Shown one piece after another: positions 12,755 through 25,408 of a stretch of DNA of 64,000 bases. The position numbers and the translations under genes were made by a program. Below the pieces are notes generated by a model. It was not told the DNA's origin. It did not search any database and saw nothing but the letters and a program-made list of their open reading frames with translations. Every line of letters begins with the position of its first letter. Positions within the stretch are counted from its first letter, which is position 1. Source of the stretch: Proteromonas lacertae (taxonomy: Eukaryota); NCBI GenBank assembly GCA_002245135.1, contig NGBS01000607.1, positions 1-64,000 on the forward strand, written 5' to 3'.

Positions 12755-14507
12755 TTAATCATTTTCTTTTTCATTATAGGCTTTCTTACATAAGGGACAA
12801 ACATTATTCTCTTCAAACCATCTCTGCATACAAGCCAACTGAATTTTTATTAAAGAACACTTAACATAAATGAAATAAAAAAAGGATATATGATAGAAAT
12901 GTCTACATTTCAATAACACTATTTTATCACCTTCTTTATATAAATCCAAACAAATTGGACATTCATTTAATTCAGGATGTTTAGATTTATCATAGATTAC
13001 ATATGGTAATTTCTTTATTTCTTCTTTATTTATTGCATGAAGTGGAGGTAATACAATTCGATGAGTTAAAATACCCCAAAATTGATCATTATCTTCAACA
13101 TTTGCTTCTTCATCATCTTCTGCTAAATCAATTTCAATTGAACCTCCTGTTGTGCCTACTCTTCTTCCCATTCGAGATGATGATGCAGATAACATTGAAG
13201 ATCGACGAGTTGTTTTGTTTCTTCTATAAAATATTACGACTAATAAACCAATTAACATCAATATGATTAATAATGAGATTATGATTATTATGATTGTAGC
13301 ACTTTTGGAATTGGAAAAATCACTTTTAGCTTCTTCTATTTATATATTATTAATAGTTATATATATATAGAGATATACTCAAAGGAAACGACTCTAGTTT
13401 TAATATTAACAAATTATTCTCATTCAAACTATGACCATATTGACTTTTACCTCCATAACTATATATTATTGAATTATCTTTTATTGATAATGAATGAAAA
13501 CATTTGGATGGACTATTACTAACATCCAACTATATAAATATTATATATTATATATATATACTTCAAACCATTCATATTTATTTGTATTTAATGGCATTAC
13601 TAATATCTTATTTGAATATCCATGTTCTTTCGCTCCATTTGAATAATAACCACCATAATAAACATAATATTCATTATTATAGATTATACTATCACCATTA
13701 CTTCGACTAAATCGAATATTATCAGGAGTTATTTCAACCCATTCATTTTTATTTATCCTATATTCCCATACATCACTCATTAATAATTCTCGATCATTCA
13801 CATCTAAACATAAACCACCATATATTATTATTGAACATTCACTGATTGTTTTACAATATAATATTCCATTATGAGCATATCGAGGTAATATATTATTCTG
13901 ATTATTATAATGGATTTCTTTCAATTCGTATGTCATTAGATTTATGGTGTATAGCGATGAAGATATATCGTTATTATAATTCAATCCTCCAAATATGTAT
14001 AAATATTGATTATTGTAATTTACTATGGAGTATTGAGATAAGTACGGATATGGAGTATTCTATTCATGACAATATTATATGCACTTATACTTTATTGCTT
14101 TTTTCTTCAATTGTGTTATTTTTAATGTTATAAATGAGTAAATGGTTTTTATTGTTTGCTTTGTCACTGTAATATATTGCTATATATTCATCATTGTTCA
14201 TTGTAAATGTCACCTAACCAATTATACATATTAAAAATACACTTGTGGATAAATCTGAGTTTAAACATTGTTCTTTTAGAAAATATGGTTGAAAATTGTT
14301 AGATTTTTCATCAATATCATTAAGGGATTTAATATTTAAGGGAGAGCAGGTATGTGAGTGTTTTATCGATAAAGTGAGTAAATCACTGTTCGTAGAAATT
14401 ACATATTGACTTGACTCGACAACATCATCAAGATTATTTAGGTATTTCCACTCTAATCCACTAGAGGAATAAAGCAACACGCAAAAAATCAAATTAAAAA
14501 ATAACAT
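12755..14507 (-). CDS. Signal peptide + Kelch-repeat ectodomain + single TM + cytosolic RING-H2 E3 ligase (multi-exon)
   Basis: MLFFNLIFCVLLYSSSG signal; Kelch motifs PRYAH..IIIYGG..SDVWEY....EW and VYYGGY; TM MLIGLLVVIFY followed by RRNK; CPICL...CRHFYH/LACMQRW...CPLC after removing the 12839-12889 intron. Confidence 0.8.
12839..12889 (-). other. U12-type intron, AT-AG, 51 nt
   Basis: 5' ATATCCTTT; branch site TTCTTTAAT; 3' TTCAG. Removal restores RING-H2 C-x-H-x2-H-x2-C spacing. Confidence 0.85.
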
Positions 14508-14693
14508 CGATTTGAAACGATCATATTTTTTATATTACCCCATTTCTATTCTTCATTTTAAATTCTGAACTTACTATAAACTGTCATGTTAATGTAAAAA
14601 AGGTATAATAAACACAATATGCATTTTAGAAGATTAGAAAAAAATAGAATTAACAAAAGCTTGAGAAGTAAGTTTGAAAAGAATATATTCTAA

Positions 14694-15616
14694 ATGGAAT
14701 TTAGCGATCTAGGAGCACATTGTGCATTAGAAGGATGTAATCAGAAAGACTTCTTGCCATTTGAGTGTGAATATTGCCATAAGAAATATTGTTTGGAGCA
14801 TAGGTTGGTAGCAAAGCATAACTGTGAAAAGTTAAGTGAAATTAATAACATAGTATGAATAGTAAATTAATTTTAAAATAGAAAATTGATTTTGATAATC
14901 CTCAATTAAAGAAATGTCCTGTAAAAGGATGTAAAACCAAGCTGACAATGAGTAATAGAATTGAATGTAAACGATGCCATAAATATTTTTGCATATCTCA
15001 TCGAGATCCACAAGATCACGTTTGCACAGGTCATCCTTTAGCAAATAAAACATTTACTCAACCTCATCCACCATCTTCGAATAAATCAAATAGAAAAGAA
15101 GTATGCCCCTTTTGTGGTGAAACTTTTTCAGATGTAATCTCATTAATCAATCATACAGAATCAAAGCATAACAATGGTACTCCATCTATATCACCTCCAC
15201 CTAAATCTCATCCTATAGCTAAACCATATAATTCACCAACACAACAACAAACACAAGCTTTAGTTTATTCACCAGATGAAATATTTCCTATATGTAATCA
15301 GAGATTTAGAAATACAATTGATTTGATCAATCACTGTGAAAGTATACATAATGGAAATAATACATCAGTGACAACAACTCATTCTACTTTATCACAAAGA
15401 GAGATATGTGATGTTTGTGGTAAATCATTTGCTACAATCAATGAATTAATTGCACATGGAGATCAAGTTCATGCTCATAACAATAGAGGTAATAATGGTG
15501 GAAGTGAAAAATGTCCCAAATGTAATGCTAGTTTCAGAACTCCAGAGGAATTAGTTGATCATTATGAGAGTAGTCATAACAACTGTGCAACTGGGAGTGG
15601 ATGTTTAGTTATTTAG
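14694..15616 (+). CDS. AN1-type zinc finger protein (ZFAND2/AIRAP-like): two AN1 fingers, four C2H2 fingers, C-terminal CaaX
   Basis: MEFSDLGAHCALEGCNQKDFLPFECEYC...; intron 14853-14881; CxxC-x12-HxxxxH repeats; ends in CLVI. Confidence 0.85.
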
Positions 15617-15773
15617 AAGGTAAAATATTATTTTTCCTCATAATATTATTTATTTATTCAAAATATGTGTTATTCTAACAATATATCTGAAATTTATTAA
15701 TTTAGTATCTCAAAAAAACAAAAATAAAAATTTATGAAACGAATATATTTTTTTGTTATTTTTTGAAAGTTTT

Positions 15774-16506
15774 ATGAGTTCTCCGCGATATGATATCATT
15801 TTTAAAAGTATTTCATTGTGAAGTATAATTAAAATCTTAGTCGTAATAATTGGTGATTCAGGAGTAGGAAAGTCGAACTTATTTCTTCGATTTGTCAAAA
15901 ATGAATTCAAACGAGAAACAAAGACTACTTTGGGAGTAGAATTCGCAGCAAAACAAGTGGGTCTTAAAGATAAAGTGATAATGGCTCAAATCTGGGATAC
16001 CTGTAAATATTTATTTATTATTTGATCTAGCTGGTGTTGAAAGGTATAGAAAGACAATTGGTAAATATTTCAAATCATCTTCAGGTGCATTAGTCGTTTT
16101 TGATGTAACAAGTCGACAGAGTTTTGAAAATATACCAAAATGGATCACTGAACTTCAAAATATAACTGATGCTGGTTTATGTGTAGTAATAGTAGGAAAT
16201 AAAACAGATCTTAAAGAACAAAGGGTTGTAACTAAAGAAGAAGCTGAAAAATATGCTAAAGCCAATGGCTTTCAGTATATTGAAACATCAGCCTTAGTAG
16301 ATGATGGAATAAAAGAAGGATTTATAAATCTCACCAATGAGATTTATACGTTAGGATATGAAAATAATGATTATACAGGAGATAAACCTAATGTGAAAAT
16401 TAATAACGATGATGATCAAAATGATGATAATATGAAGAAGAATGCCAGTAATTCAACAAATTCTAAACAAACGAATGTTAATGGATGTGGTTGTTATTTA
16501 ATGTAA
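15774..16506 (+). CDS. Rab-family small GTPase (Rab11-like, divergent), 2 introns
   Basis: [37 protein letters not shown]-terminal CGCYLM. Confidence 0.9.
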
Positions 16507-16683
16507 TAATAGTAATATTATTAAGTAAGTCATAAATTAAACATCTTATATAATGTCTTATATATATATGTAGTCAATTGTTGTGGTTTATTTTTTGGAT
16601 ATAAAAGAGATTGGCTTGATAACTAGGCTTGAAGAGTTGTATATGACGTAGTTATTTACATAAAATACATTTTTCTTCTAAAA

Positions 16684-17631
16684 ATGATACTTGACTTTGT
16701 TTTAGCGTATACCACTCTTAATGTGATGGCATTCTTGTATTTTTTGTATTTATTTATTCTAGTTATACATTCTATGCTTGTTTTACTCAACAATACACCT
16801 TCTTCTATCTTGTTGATTGTATATCCTTTAAATATATGAAATATATATTTTGTTTCTTTAATTTATGCAAATTACAAGGTATTATTTTAAAATCATTCCC
16901 AGAGTTAGTAAAAAATCAGAAGCTATAGAGAAAGGACCAATATTATACTTCTGCAATCATCGTTCTTGGGCTGATTTTTTCTTAGATAGTGCTTTAGTTG
17001 GAGGTGCTTCATATTTATCAAGATTGTTAGTTGCTTTAGCTTGTCCAATGCCAGCATTAATAGGATACTTATCTGCAGTATATTCACAAATGCTAATATT
17101 ATTTAATAGTCTGTTTGGTTTTTTAATAGACGTCCAGGAATAAATAGAGACTGGTTAGCTAAATTTTTCCTAGACCATTGGAAAATACGTCCAAAATCTG
17201 GTGTTATTATATATCCAGAAGGTCATAGGAATTTGAATGAAAAATCATTGAAATTAAAGACAGGTTGCACAGAAGTATCCTTCAAAACTAATGTTCCAAT
17301 ACAAATAATTATATGTACAAATAAAGAGAGTATTATGAATGAAAAAGAATACACTGTTCAAAAGAATGTTACAGTTGTTGCTAATGTTTCAAAACCAATT
17401 TATCCTAAAGATTATAAATCAAAAGAAGAGTACTTCCAAGCTGTACAAGACTTGTGGAATAAAACATGGGATGAAGCTTACAGTTGTCCTGAATCTGAAA
17501 CATTAGAAGGATCTTACCCGTTAAAAGGATGTGATATTTATTTTAGTAAATGTCCAAGGAGCAGAATTATTCCATATAGAATATTAGTATTGGTTATATT
17601 TGGATGGATTGTTAAGAAGATTTTCTTTTGA
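16684..17631 (+). CDS. Lysophospholipid/glycerol-3-phosphate acyltransferase (PlsC family)
   Basis: Catalytic NHRSWAD (HX4D) and YPEG motifs; hydrophobic N- and C-termini. Confidence 0.85.
16821..16870 (+). other. U12-type intron, AT-AA, 50 nt (alternative model AT-AC ending at 16875)
   Basis: 5' ATATCCTTT; branch site TTCTTTAAT at 16854-16862; the adjacent GT (16819) with the nearest AG does not restore the frame. Confidence 0.7.
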
Positions 17632-17773
17632 TTTGTGATAATGTTATGTAGTTTTTTTTCGTTTATAAGAAGTAATAAAAGTGATATGATATTAAGTTGT
17701 TTTTCTTCTTTCAATAGAAATAATACTAATCATAACATAATTTATATCATTACTATTAAAACTATTACAATAC

Positions 17774-19409
17774 TTACCTAAATGCGACTTGGAGTCTTTG
17801 AATATGATCATAATGTCGGTGTTTAATGTAATGGTTGTAATTTATATCACAATAAAATACAGAATTAAATATAGGAAGAGTTACAGGAAATGTTATACCA
17901 ACACCAACAGCTCCTCTTAATTTCACCATTGAATTTGACAAATCAAAAACTATTATAAAGATATAAAGAATATATATATATATATTTTATACTCTTCTTC
18001 TGTTTACTTGACCAATTAAATAGATTACCTGCACTTACATAGAATCTCACATCAATATCATTTGGAAGTGGAAATATCAATGAAACATTTCCACTGTATA
18101 ATATATCTCCACCTAAGAAATCTCCATGTGATTGTCCATCTATTAACAATGATAATAATAAATATGATAAATACGTTGAATTTGTGCTCTTGGTCCTAAA
18201 CCAGTACTACTAAATCCATAAATATAATTTGTATCAATTTTTAATTTATCTGATAAATGAATATTGTTTATATTACTTTCATTATTACTTAATGAATTAT
18301 ACTTTAGTGGATAAACTATTCCACCATTAAAACCAATAGTCACTAATGCACCATTCTTTGATTTTTCTATTGGAATTACTCCTTTATAATAAAATAACTG
18401 TTTGATATAATTTACATCACCATTAAATCCAGCATATTCTAATATGTATTTTACTCTTGATTCTGTATAATTAGAAATCCAATCTAATACAATAAAAATA
18501 ATAATAACAATGAGGAATACTTGATTTGAATTGATATGTAATTGAGTTCTTAATGGATGGTCTTAATTCCTGTAACATTCTATTAAAAAATTAAATATAA
18601 AAAATGAAAATTAATAAAGAAAAATACTCTGCTGATATTTTATAATTATTATGATTTATTCTAAACGCTGGAATGGAATCTCTTAATGCTGAGCTTACTG
18701 TGACTATATGTTTGAGATTAGGCTCGAATGATATATATAATCCATTCTCATGTGCTAATATTGAAGAACTTCTTGATAGATTTAGTTGAGCACTATATTT
18801 AAATAAATTATATGTAGATTTTTATACTGTAATGCTGTGATTTTTAAGCAGTTTTAAATCTCCAAATGGGTTTAATAACAGCTGAACACCATATTTAGGG
18901 TTTTTAAGTTGAACATCTGTATTGTATTCAAACTTAATTCTCTCATTTTGCCCAAATATTGATCGAATCTTTAAATACATACTCGATCGATATTTTCCAT
19001 CAGATGCTGGTGCTCTTGATATGCCGAATGTGTATAGTGGATAGTGTTTTAACAAAAAATTCACATGTACATTGTCTATACTACTGCTTTTTATTGGTAC
19101 TATATATGAATTATATTTTAAATAAATACATAATCCTATATGTATGTCTATATCCTTGAATAAGTCAAGGGATTTCAATCTTTTATATACAGCTGATGTT
19201 TCAGCAAATAACCTTGCAAAATTACAGTCTTTTGGAATTGACTATAAATGATATGTTTACTAATACATTTTTGATAAAATCTTCAAAGATTGTTTGACTA
19301 GTTGAATATAATGGTAGTTATACTGGTTATCATCATCACTATGCACATTGATATTACCAACATGCAATTCTTTGTCTCTGAGTACCTTTGGCAGATTAGC
19401 AAACTTCAT
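17774..19409 (-). CDS. SAM50: Sam50/Omp85-family mitochondrial outer-membrane beta-barrel assembly protein (multi-exon)
   Basis: POTRA-like MKSLDLFKDIDI; GLGPRA...DFLGGD..YSGNVSLIFPLP...RFYVSAGNL...RGAVGVGITFP. Confidence 0.75.
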
Positions 19410-19560
19410 TTTAAATTTTTTTCTGTCATTTCATAGTAAAACAAAAATCACTTGTTTCAAATGTAATACAAACAAAATAAACACTTAATAATATACAGTA
19501 CATAAGAATAAATTTAAGGATCAAACCATATATAACAATAAATATCATCATTCAACAACA

Positions 19561-22500
19561 TCACTTTTTCCCTTTTTTATTTGTTGAAATAAACTCATCT
19601 AAAGCATCATGTTCTTTACCATCATCTTCATCATCATCAAAACTATCCGAAAACTCATTATTCTTTCCATCATCATCAAAATATTCTTCATTCGTTGATT
19701 GGATAGTTTCTAGTTTACTATGTCTAGGAGGAGGTACATTTAAAGCAACTTGATGTTTACCAGCATCTTCCATAGAACTATAATAATCATAAATTAATTT
19801 GTTATTTCCCATTAATTCACATGAAACATCACCACTATATATATATTAAATAAATGAATAATAAATAATTAAAAATATACGAAACATCAAAGGGCTGATC
19901 AACATCATAAAATCTAGAATCACCAGTCAATATAATATCATCATCACAAATATTATCCAATTTTAAACCAATCATATTACTGGATTTACTTCGTGATGGT
20001 TCAAAATCAGTTGGTGATTCGGATGAACTATTGTGAGAATAATGTGCTGAACTGATTCTACCAACCTTTTGACCTGGTGTTAATGGATCTAATATAGATT
20101 TACCACTATATAAAACAATATATAAATAATAATAATAATATATATACGCTTGTTTAATAGATTGTTTCAACACATCTTTTTCTTTCTTTGGTGTAAAAAC
20201 ATTCGATATTTTACTAGGAGTCATAATCTTACTGAATTGTCTTGTTGGTGAAGATGATTGAGATGGTACAATATGTGGTTTGTTATTATTATTATTAAAC
20301 CTACCACGAGGTGTAATAAATTCATTTTCATCATTACTATTTGTAGTAGTTGGTTTGCGTGGAGTTTGAGACTTTAATGATTTAACAATTTCAAATTGTT
20401 GATGTAATTCTGATTTCAATATTTCCTGTTCTTCTTCTAATTTATGGCACATTTCAGCTAATTCATTGTAAGATGATGCATTACTATTACTATTATTAGA
20501 TTTGGCTTTAGAAGGTGACATTATAGGTGATTTACTACGAGTAATATCATAATGATGAGGTGTTGCTTGTATTGGTGAAATATTATTATTATTATCAACA
20601 TTAATAGAGGGTTTATGGAAGATTGGGATTTCTTCAGGATCAATTATATTATCATTACCTTTTACAGGTGAGATATAACTGACTTTACTATTATTGCTTA
20701 TTCTTTGTTGTTGTTGTTGTGATGGATGTTTTACGTTTTAATGCTGAATTTGGCTTTGGTATTAATGATGGTTTTATATTGTTATTGTTATTGTTGTTAT
20801 TATTATTTGTATTGAATCTAGGAGATTGTTTTGATTTGATTATCCTTCTATCTTCTACTTCATCATTGTCATCCTCCTCTTCCTCTTCTTCTTCGTGTAG
20901 TATTTGAACTTCTTTATTGATTGAAACATGTCTCTTTGGCTTGTTATTGGCTTCCCTGCTTGTTGGCTTGACTACATTATTAGAAGGTGTGGGTGTCATT
21001 TTTGTTGCATGAATACTTGCTCTTTTTACAGGTAATTTCACTGGATTTAATTCTTGTTGTATTTTTGACTTTTTCTTTTATTCTTTTTTCTCTTTCTTCT
21101 GCTTTTCTTTGTAATTCTTCTCTCTTCTTATCTTCTATTGCTTTCATTCGATGTGCTACATCATTATTGTACTTCTCTCTTTCTTTATCTTTCTTATAAG
21201 CATCAACTACTTTTTTCTTTTGTTTCTTTGGTTTATCTTCTCGTTGTTCATCACTATCATTATCTTCATGAATAACATCATTTTTAGATTTCTTTTTTAT
21301 ACTTAAAGAACGTTTTGGTTTTGATTCTACTTTAGCTTTGTTATTACTTTCATTGTTATTTTCGTCATTATTTTCTTCATCTAGTGGATTTGGGTTTATA
21401 CACTCTTTTTAATAAGTTTGATATACTTTCACCAGTATCTGGTATTGAAGGTAATTCTTCTTCATTATTATTAGTTGTTAAACTGTTGTTGTTGTTGTTG
21501 TTGTTGCATTTGTTGATTTGTTGATTCATATTCATCATCATCATATGTTGTTGCTGTTGTTGTGGTTGATTAATACTATTTATATTCATATTCATGTTAT
21601 TATTGTTATTCATCATCATTTGTTGTTGTTGATGAGATGGTGAAAATTGTTGGTTGTTGTTGTTGTTGTTGATTCATCATCATATTCATCATAGGATTAT
21701 TATTATTATTATTATTATTATATTGTATCTGTGGTTGTTGATTATTATATTGTGGAAATGGAGAGATACAAATTGGACCTTGTTGAATTGGTTGTTGTTG
21801 ATTCATCATTAAACCAGGAACATTTGTTGGATGTACAACATTATTACCATTATTATTATAACTCATATTTGGTTGCATTTGTTGTTGAAATTGAGGAAAA
21901 TTGGAAGGTAATGGAGATGGTGAATAATAATTCATATTATTCATTTGTGGCATAGCTTGAGGCATAGGCTTGAGGATTGAACTGTTTGTTGAACTGGCTG
22001 TGTTGTGGTTGGTGGGTAGAATCCATTGTATCCTTGATTCTTTAACTCTTCTTTACGGATTTGCTTCATCTAATTCTCTTTTTTCTTTGGCTTTTCTTTC
22101 TTGTTTTTCTTTTATTTGACGTTCTATATCCATACGGAAATTTTAATTGTTCTTGACGTTTTCTTTCTCTATCATCGAATGAAATTCCTCTCAATTCATC
22201 TAAAGCAGCTCCTCTAACCACTCCACCAGCACTTGGTGGAGCTTGTGCAGGAGGCTGAGGAGTATAGTTGTAATTATTAAAAGACTGTTCTGGTTGTTGT
22301 GCATAGTTTGGTTGCATTTGCTGAGGATATTGAGGTTGAGATGTATACATATTCTGATTCATAGGTGAAGGATTCTGTTTAATAATAATAATCAGTTATA
22401 CAAATAAATTACGATTAACAGGCATATTGCCTTGATCAGCTCTCATTCGATCTCTTTCAGCAATCTGAGATTCTAATCAGAATAAAAATTAGTATATACG

Positions 22501-22579
22501 CCACTCTTGTTGTAGTTGTTTCTGACGCTCAATCTTAGCTAATCTCTCTTCTTGTGAAAGGTGCAAATAAAGAGGCCAT
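19561..22579 (-). CDS. Large low-complexity (Q/N/P/M-rich) coiled-coil protein with CSPP1/CCDC66-like 'KQ..Q.EL..QI.E' motifs; frameshifted in this assembly
   Basis: Consecutive minus-strand ORF pieces with GT-AG introns; ERQKQLQQEWQSQIAERDR and ERKRQEQLKFRMDIERQIKEKQERK. Confidence 0.5.
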
Positions 22580-22677
22580 AATATTTATTACTATTTACAA
22601 TGAAGAATCGATGTGATATTTTTAAAAACAGAAATATAGGCTTGATTGAGCTTGAGATTATTTTTTTCTTTTAAAGA

Positions 22678-23901
22678 ATGAAGTTATTGATATTCTGTTT
22701 GTTTATAATGCATATGGTAATGGGATCATATGATAAAAGTCATAGTACCTCATGGAATTACGATTCTCCTGTTTCAATCAACACTTTTCGAAGTAGAGAA
22801 GATTATATTGAGACTTTGGTTGGAAGTGAAATGGTAGAACGTGATACAGAAGAAATGGTAGATGCATATGGAAGAAAATACACTTGTGAGCTTCCTTATC
22901 ATGAACCAGAGGAAGATGATTTAAACACATATATTCCATTACTAGAATTAAAAGATGAATGTACTTCAATAACATATTTGAGTTATACTTATGAAATATG
23001 TATAATGAATCAAATTCGAAAATTAAAGAAAGATGGAAATGAAAAAGTAGGTGAAGTTATAGGTAAATACAATAAATCATTATCACAAGCCTATAATCAA
23101 ACATATGTTTCTTCAACAACAAATGGAAGTGTTATGTATAAAACATTTGTTTTTATCTTTCTTTTAAAATAGTTTTAATTGTCCAGCAATAGATTCTCAA
23201 CAATTAAAAAAGACACCTAATACAAATACACTCTCTATATTACGTATAATAATATAATAATAGATTAATAGATTATTTACAATCAATAACAACTCCCAAA
23301 ATCACTTCCATTCAATTCAAAGATACAAACCATATTGAATTCAACATAACCACCCTTCGAGCCTGTTCAAACTATAATAATTTGAGTATAATATTCAGTG
23401 AATTAATGAATTACAGTTGTGTTAGTAAGAATGATGGTTGGTGGAGTTATACAGTATGTCCTGGTGGTAAGATATATCAATATCATAGTACTAAAGGTAA
23501 AGGTGATTATTGTGAATATACTTTGGGAGAATATAATCTTAATAGAAATATTGAATTGAATGAAAAAGTATATTTTTATTTATTTATTTTAGAATGAAAG
23601 CTTTGTTGAAAGTGATAATACCAAAACAAAAGATCCTTCAAAGATAGCTTATTACAAGGAAATTTATGAAAATGGAACTGAATGTGATATAAGTAATGTA
23701 AATAGAAGAGCAACTGTGTTATATACTTGTAAAGCTGATGGTGAAACGACATTGATAAGTGTAACTGAGTTTAAATCGTGTGAATATCAAATTGTTGTAG
23801 GAAGTCCAATTATATGTTATCATCCATTAATGGTGAATATAAATGAATTGAATAATCCAAAGAAGAGGGATTCAGTGATTAATTGCTATCCTAAATCATA
23901 A
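22678..23901 (+). CDS. OS-9/ERLEC1-like ER lectin with two MRH domains
   Basis: Signal peptide; YTYEIC and GWWSYTVCPGGKIYQYH; YENGTECDI..NRRATVLYTC..VTEFKSCEY. Confidence 0.85.
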
Positions 23902-24038
23902 TTTTCAATAATTTATCTTGTATAGGATGTTTTTATGTATAAATATGTTAAAATAAACACAAAAATAAGTTAAGAAAAGGGAAACTCACTTAAAAGTCTA
24001 TAAGTGAAAGAATTGAATGAATTATCATTATATTTAGT

Positions 24039-25241
24039 TTACAATTGAATAGTTCTTTGGTTTTCACAAGCATATCCGTAATATCCTTGGAAACAAGTAC
24101 ATAATCCAGTCTTTGAATCACACTAAACCTCTTCCAGCAACATAAAGTTGGTGTTAATTTCAGCTGATGCAGATATGTACCAGTTTACCATCTGATTTAT
24201 ATATTTTACCTTCTACTGGCGTAAATCAGTACTATTGGATATGTCCATTAGTCCTTCAGCAGCATGCTATTTACTTCGGATGATGTAAACTTGCTTGGAT
24301 CTGATGATTCAACAATAATATCAATCTGAGCTTCTGCTTCAGCAGTATTAGCATGATATTTGAACTGAAGATTGAGTTAGTGGAGCAACTGTTTGTAATT
24401 GCTCTTTTCATTCTCTTCTTGATAAGTATTGGCTAGGTTGTAGTCTTTATACAGTAGCATTGACATCATGCTTGTGTGCATTAACATTGCTAATGGCACA
24501 GCTCTTATTACTGGTGTTGGATATGTTACTCCATCATAAGTTACTTGCAAATAATATGGATCATGTAAGTTTTGATACTTGATTTGTATGTTCAAGTGTA
24601 TATTTCATTGTAGAACCAGAGAATTTCACTGGATCTAAACCCATTGGACATTGTCTCAAACTACAATCAACACCTTCATATCCAGCGTCACATTTACAAG
24701 GTAAAGAATTTATCTAATTCCCATCCATAATATGAACTACCTTGTTCTTTGGCATATGCTGTACTACTCATACAAACACCATTTCCACTACAACTTACTC
24801 CTTCTACACTACTAGGACAACTACGACGTTGACAAGCACTTCCTTCATATCCTTTATAACATACACAATCACCAGTTGTTCTATCACAACTTCCACTGTT
24901 GGAACATTCAGCATATCTGTGATGCTCTGCTCTTTGTGACATATCCTTTCAAATTTTCACTCAATCCATACTTAGGTCTCCATTCTGTCTTTACTACTGT
25001 ATTGTCTACATCACCATCATGATCTAAATCTCCCAGTGGAATATCGACCAAGGCTTCACCATAGGGACATGCTCCTATACTTATTATACTGTTAGAATAT
25101 ACTTAAAGAGCAATCAGCACCTCCCCAACCCATATAACACTCACACTTGTCTTTTGGACCACAATTACCATGTCCGTTACAATACTTGTAACAACCTAAT
25201 ACGCAAGATAAGTATAAAACCAACAAATAGATAGCTTTCAT
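24039..25241 (-). CDS. Stramenopile mastigoneme (tubular hair) protein, Sig1/Ocm1-like, EGF-like Cys-rich; frameshifted in this assembly
   Basis: Signal peptide; CNGHGNC..CECYMGWGGADCSLRACPYG.A.VDIPLGDLDHDG; EHHRYAECSNSGSCDRTTGDCVCYKGYEGSACQR; DCSLRQCPMGLDP; terminal GRGLCDSKTGLCTCFQGYYGYAC. Confidence 0.75.
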
Positions 25242-25408
25242 CGTCAAAATGAAATTTTCTAGTTTGAGATACGTTGATAGGGTTTTATAAACGAATATAA
25301 GAAAATTATAACCATTTTGTTATTTCTCTATAAAATATAACATAAATAAAATAAAAATGATAAATATAATAATAAATAATACACTACAACAACATTATTC
25401 TATATTTT

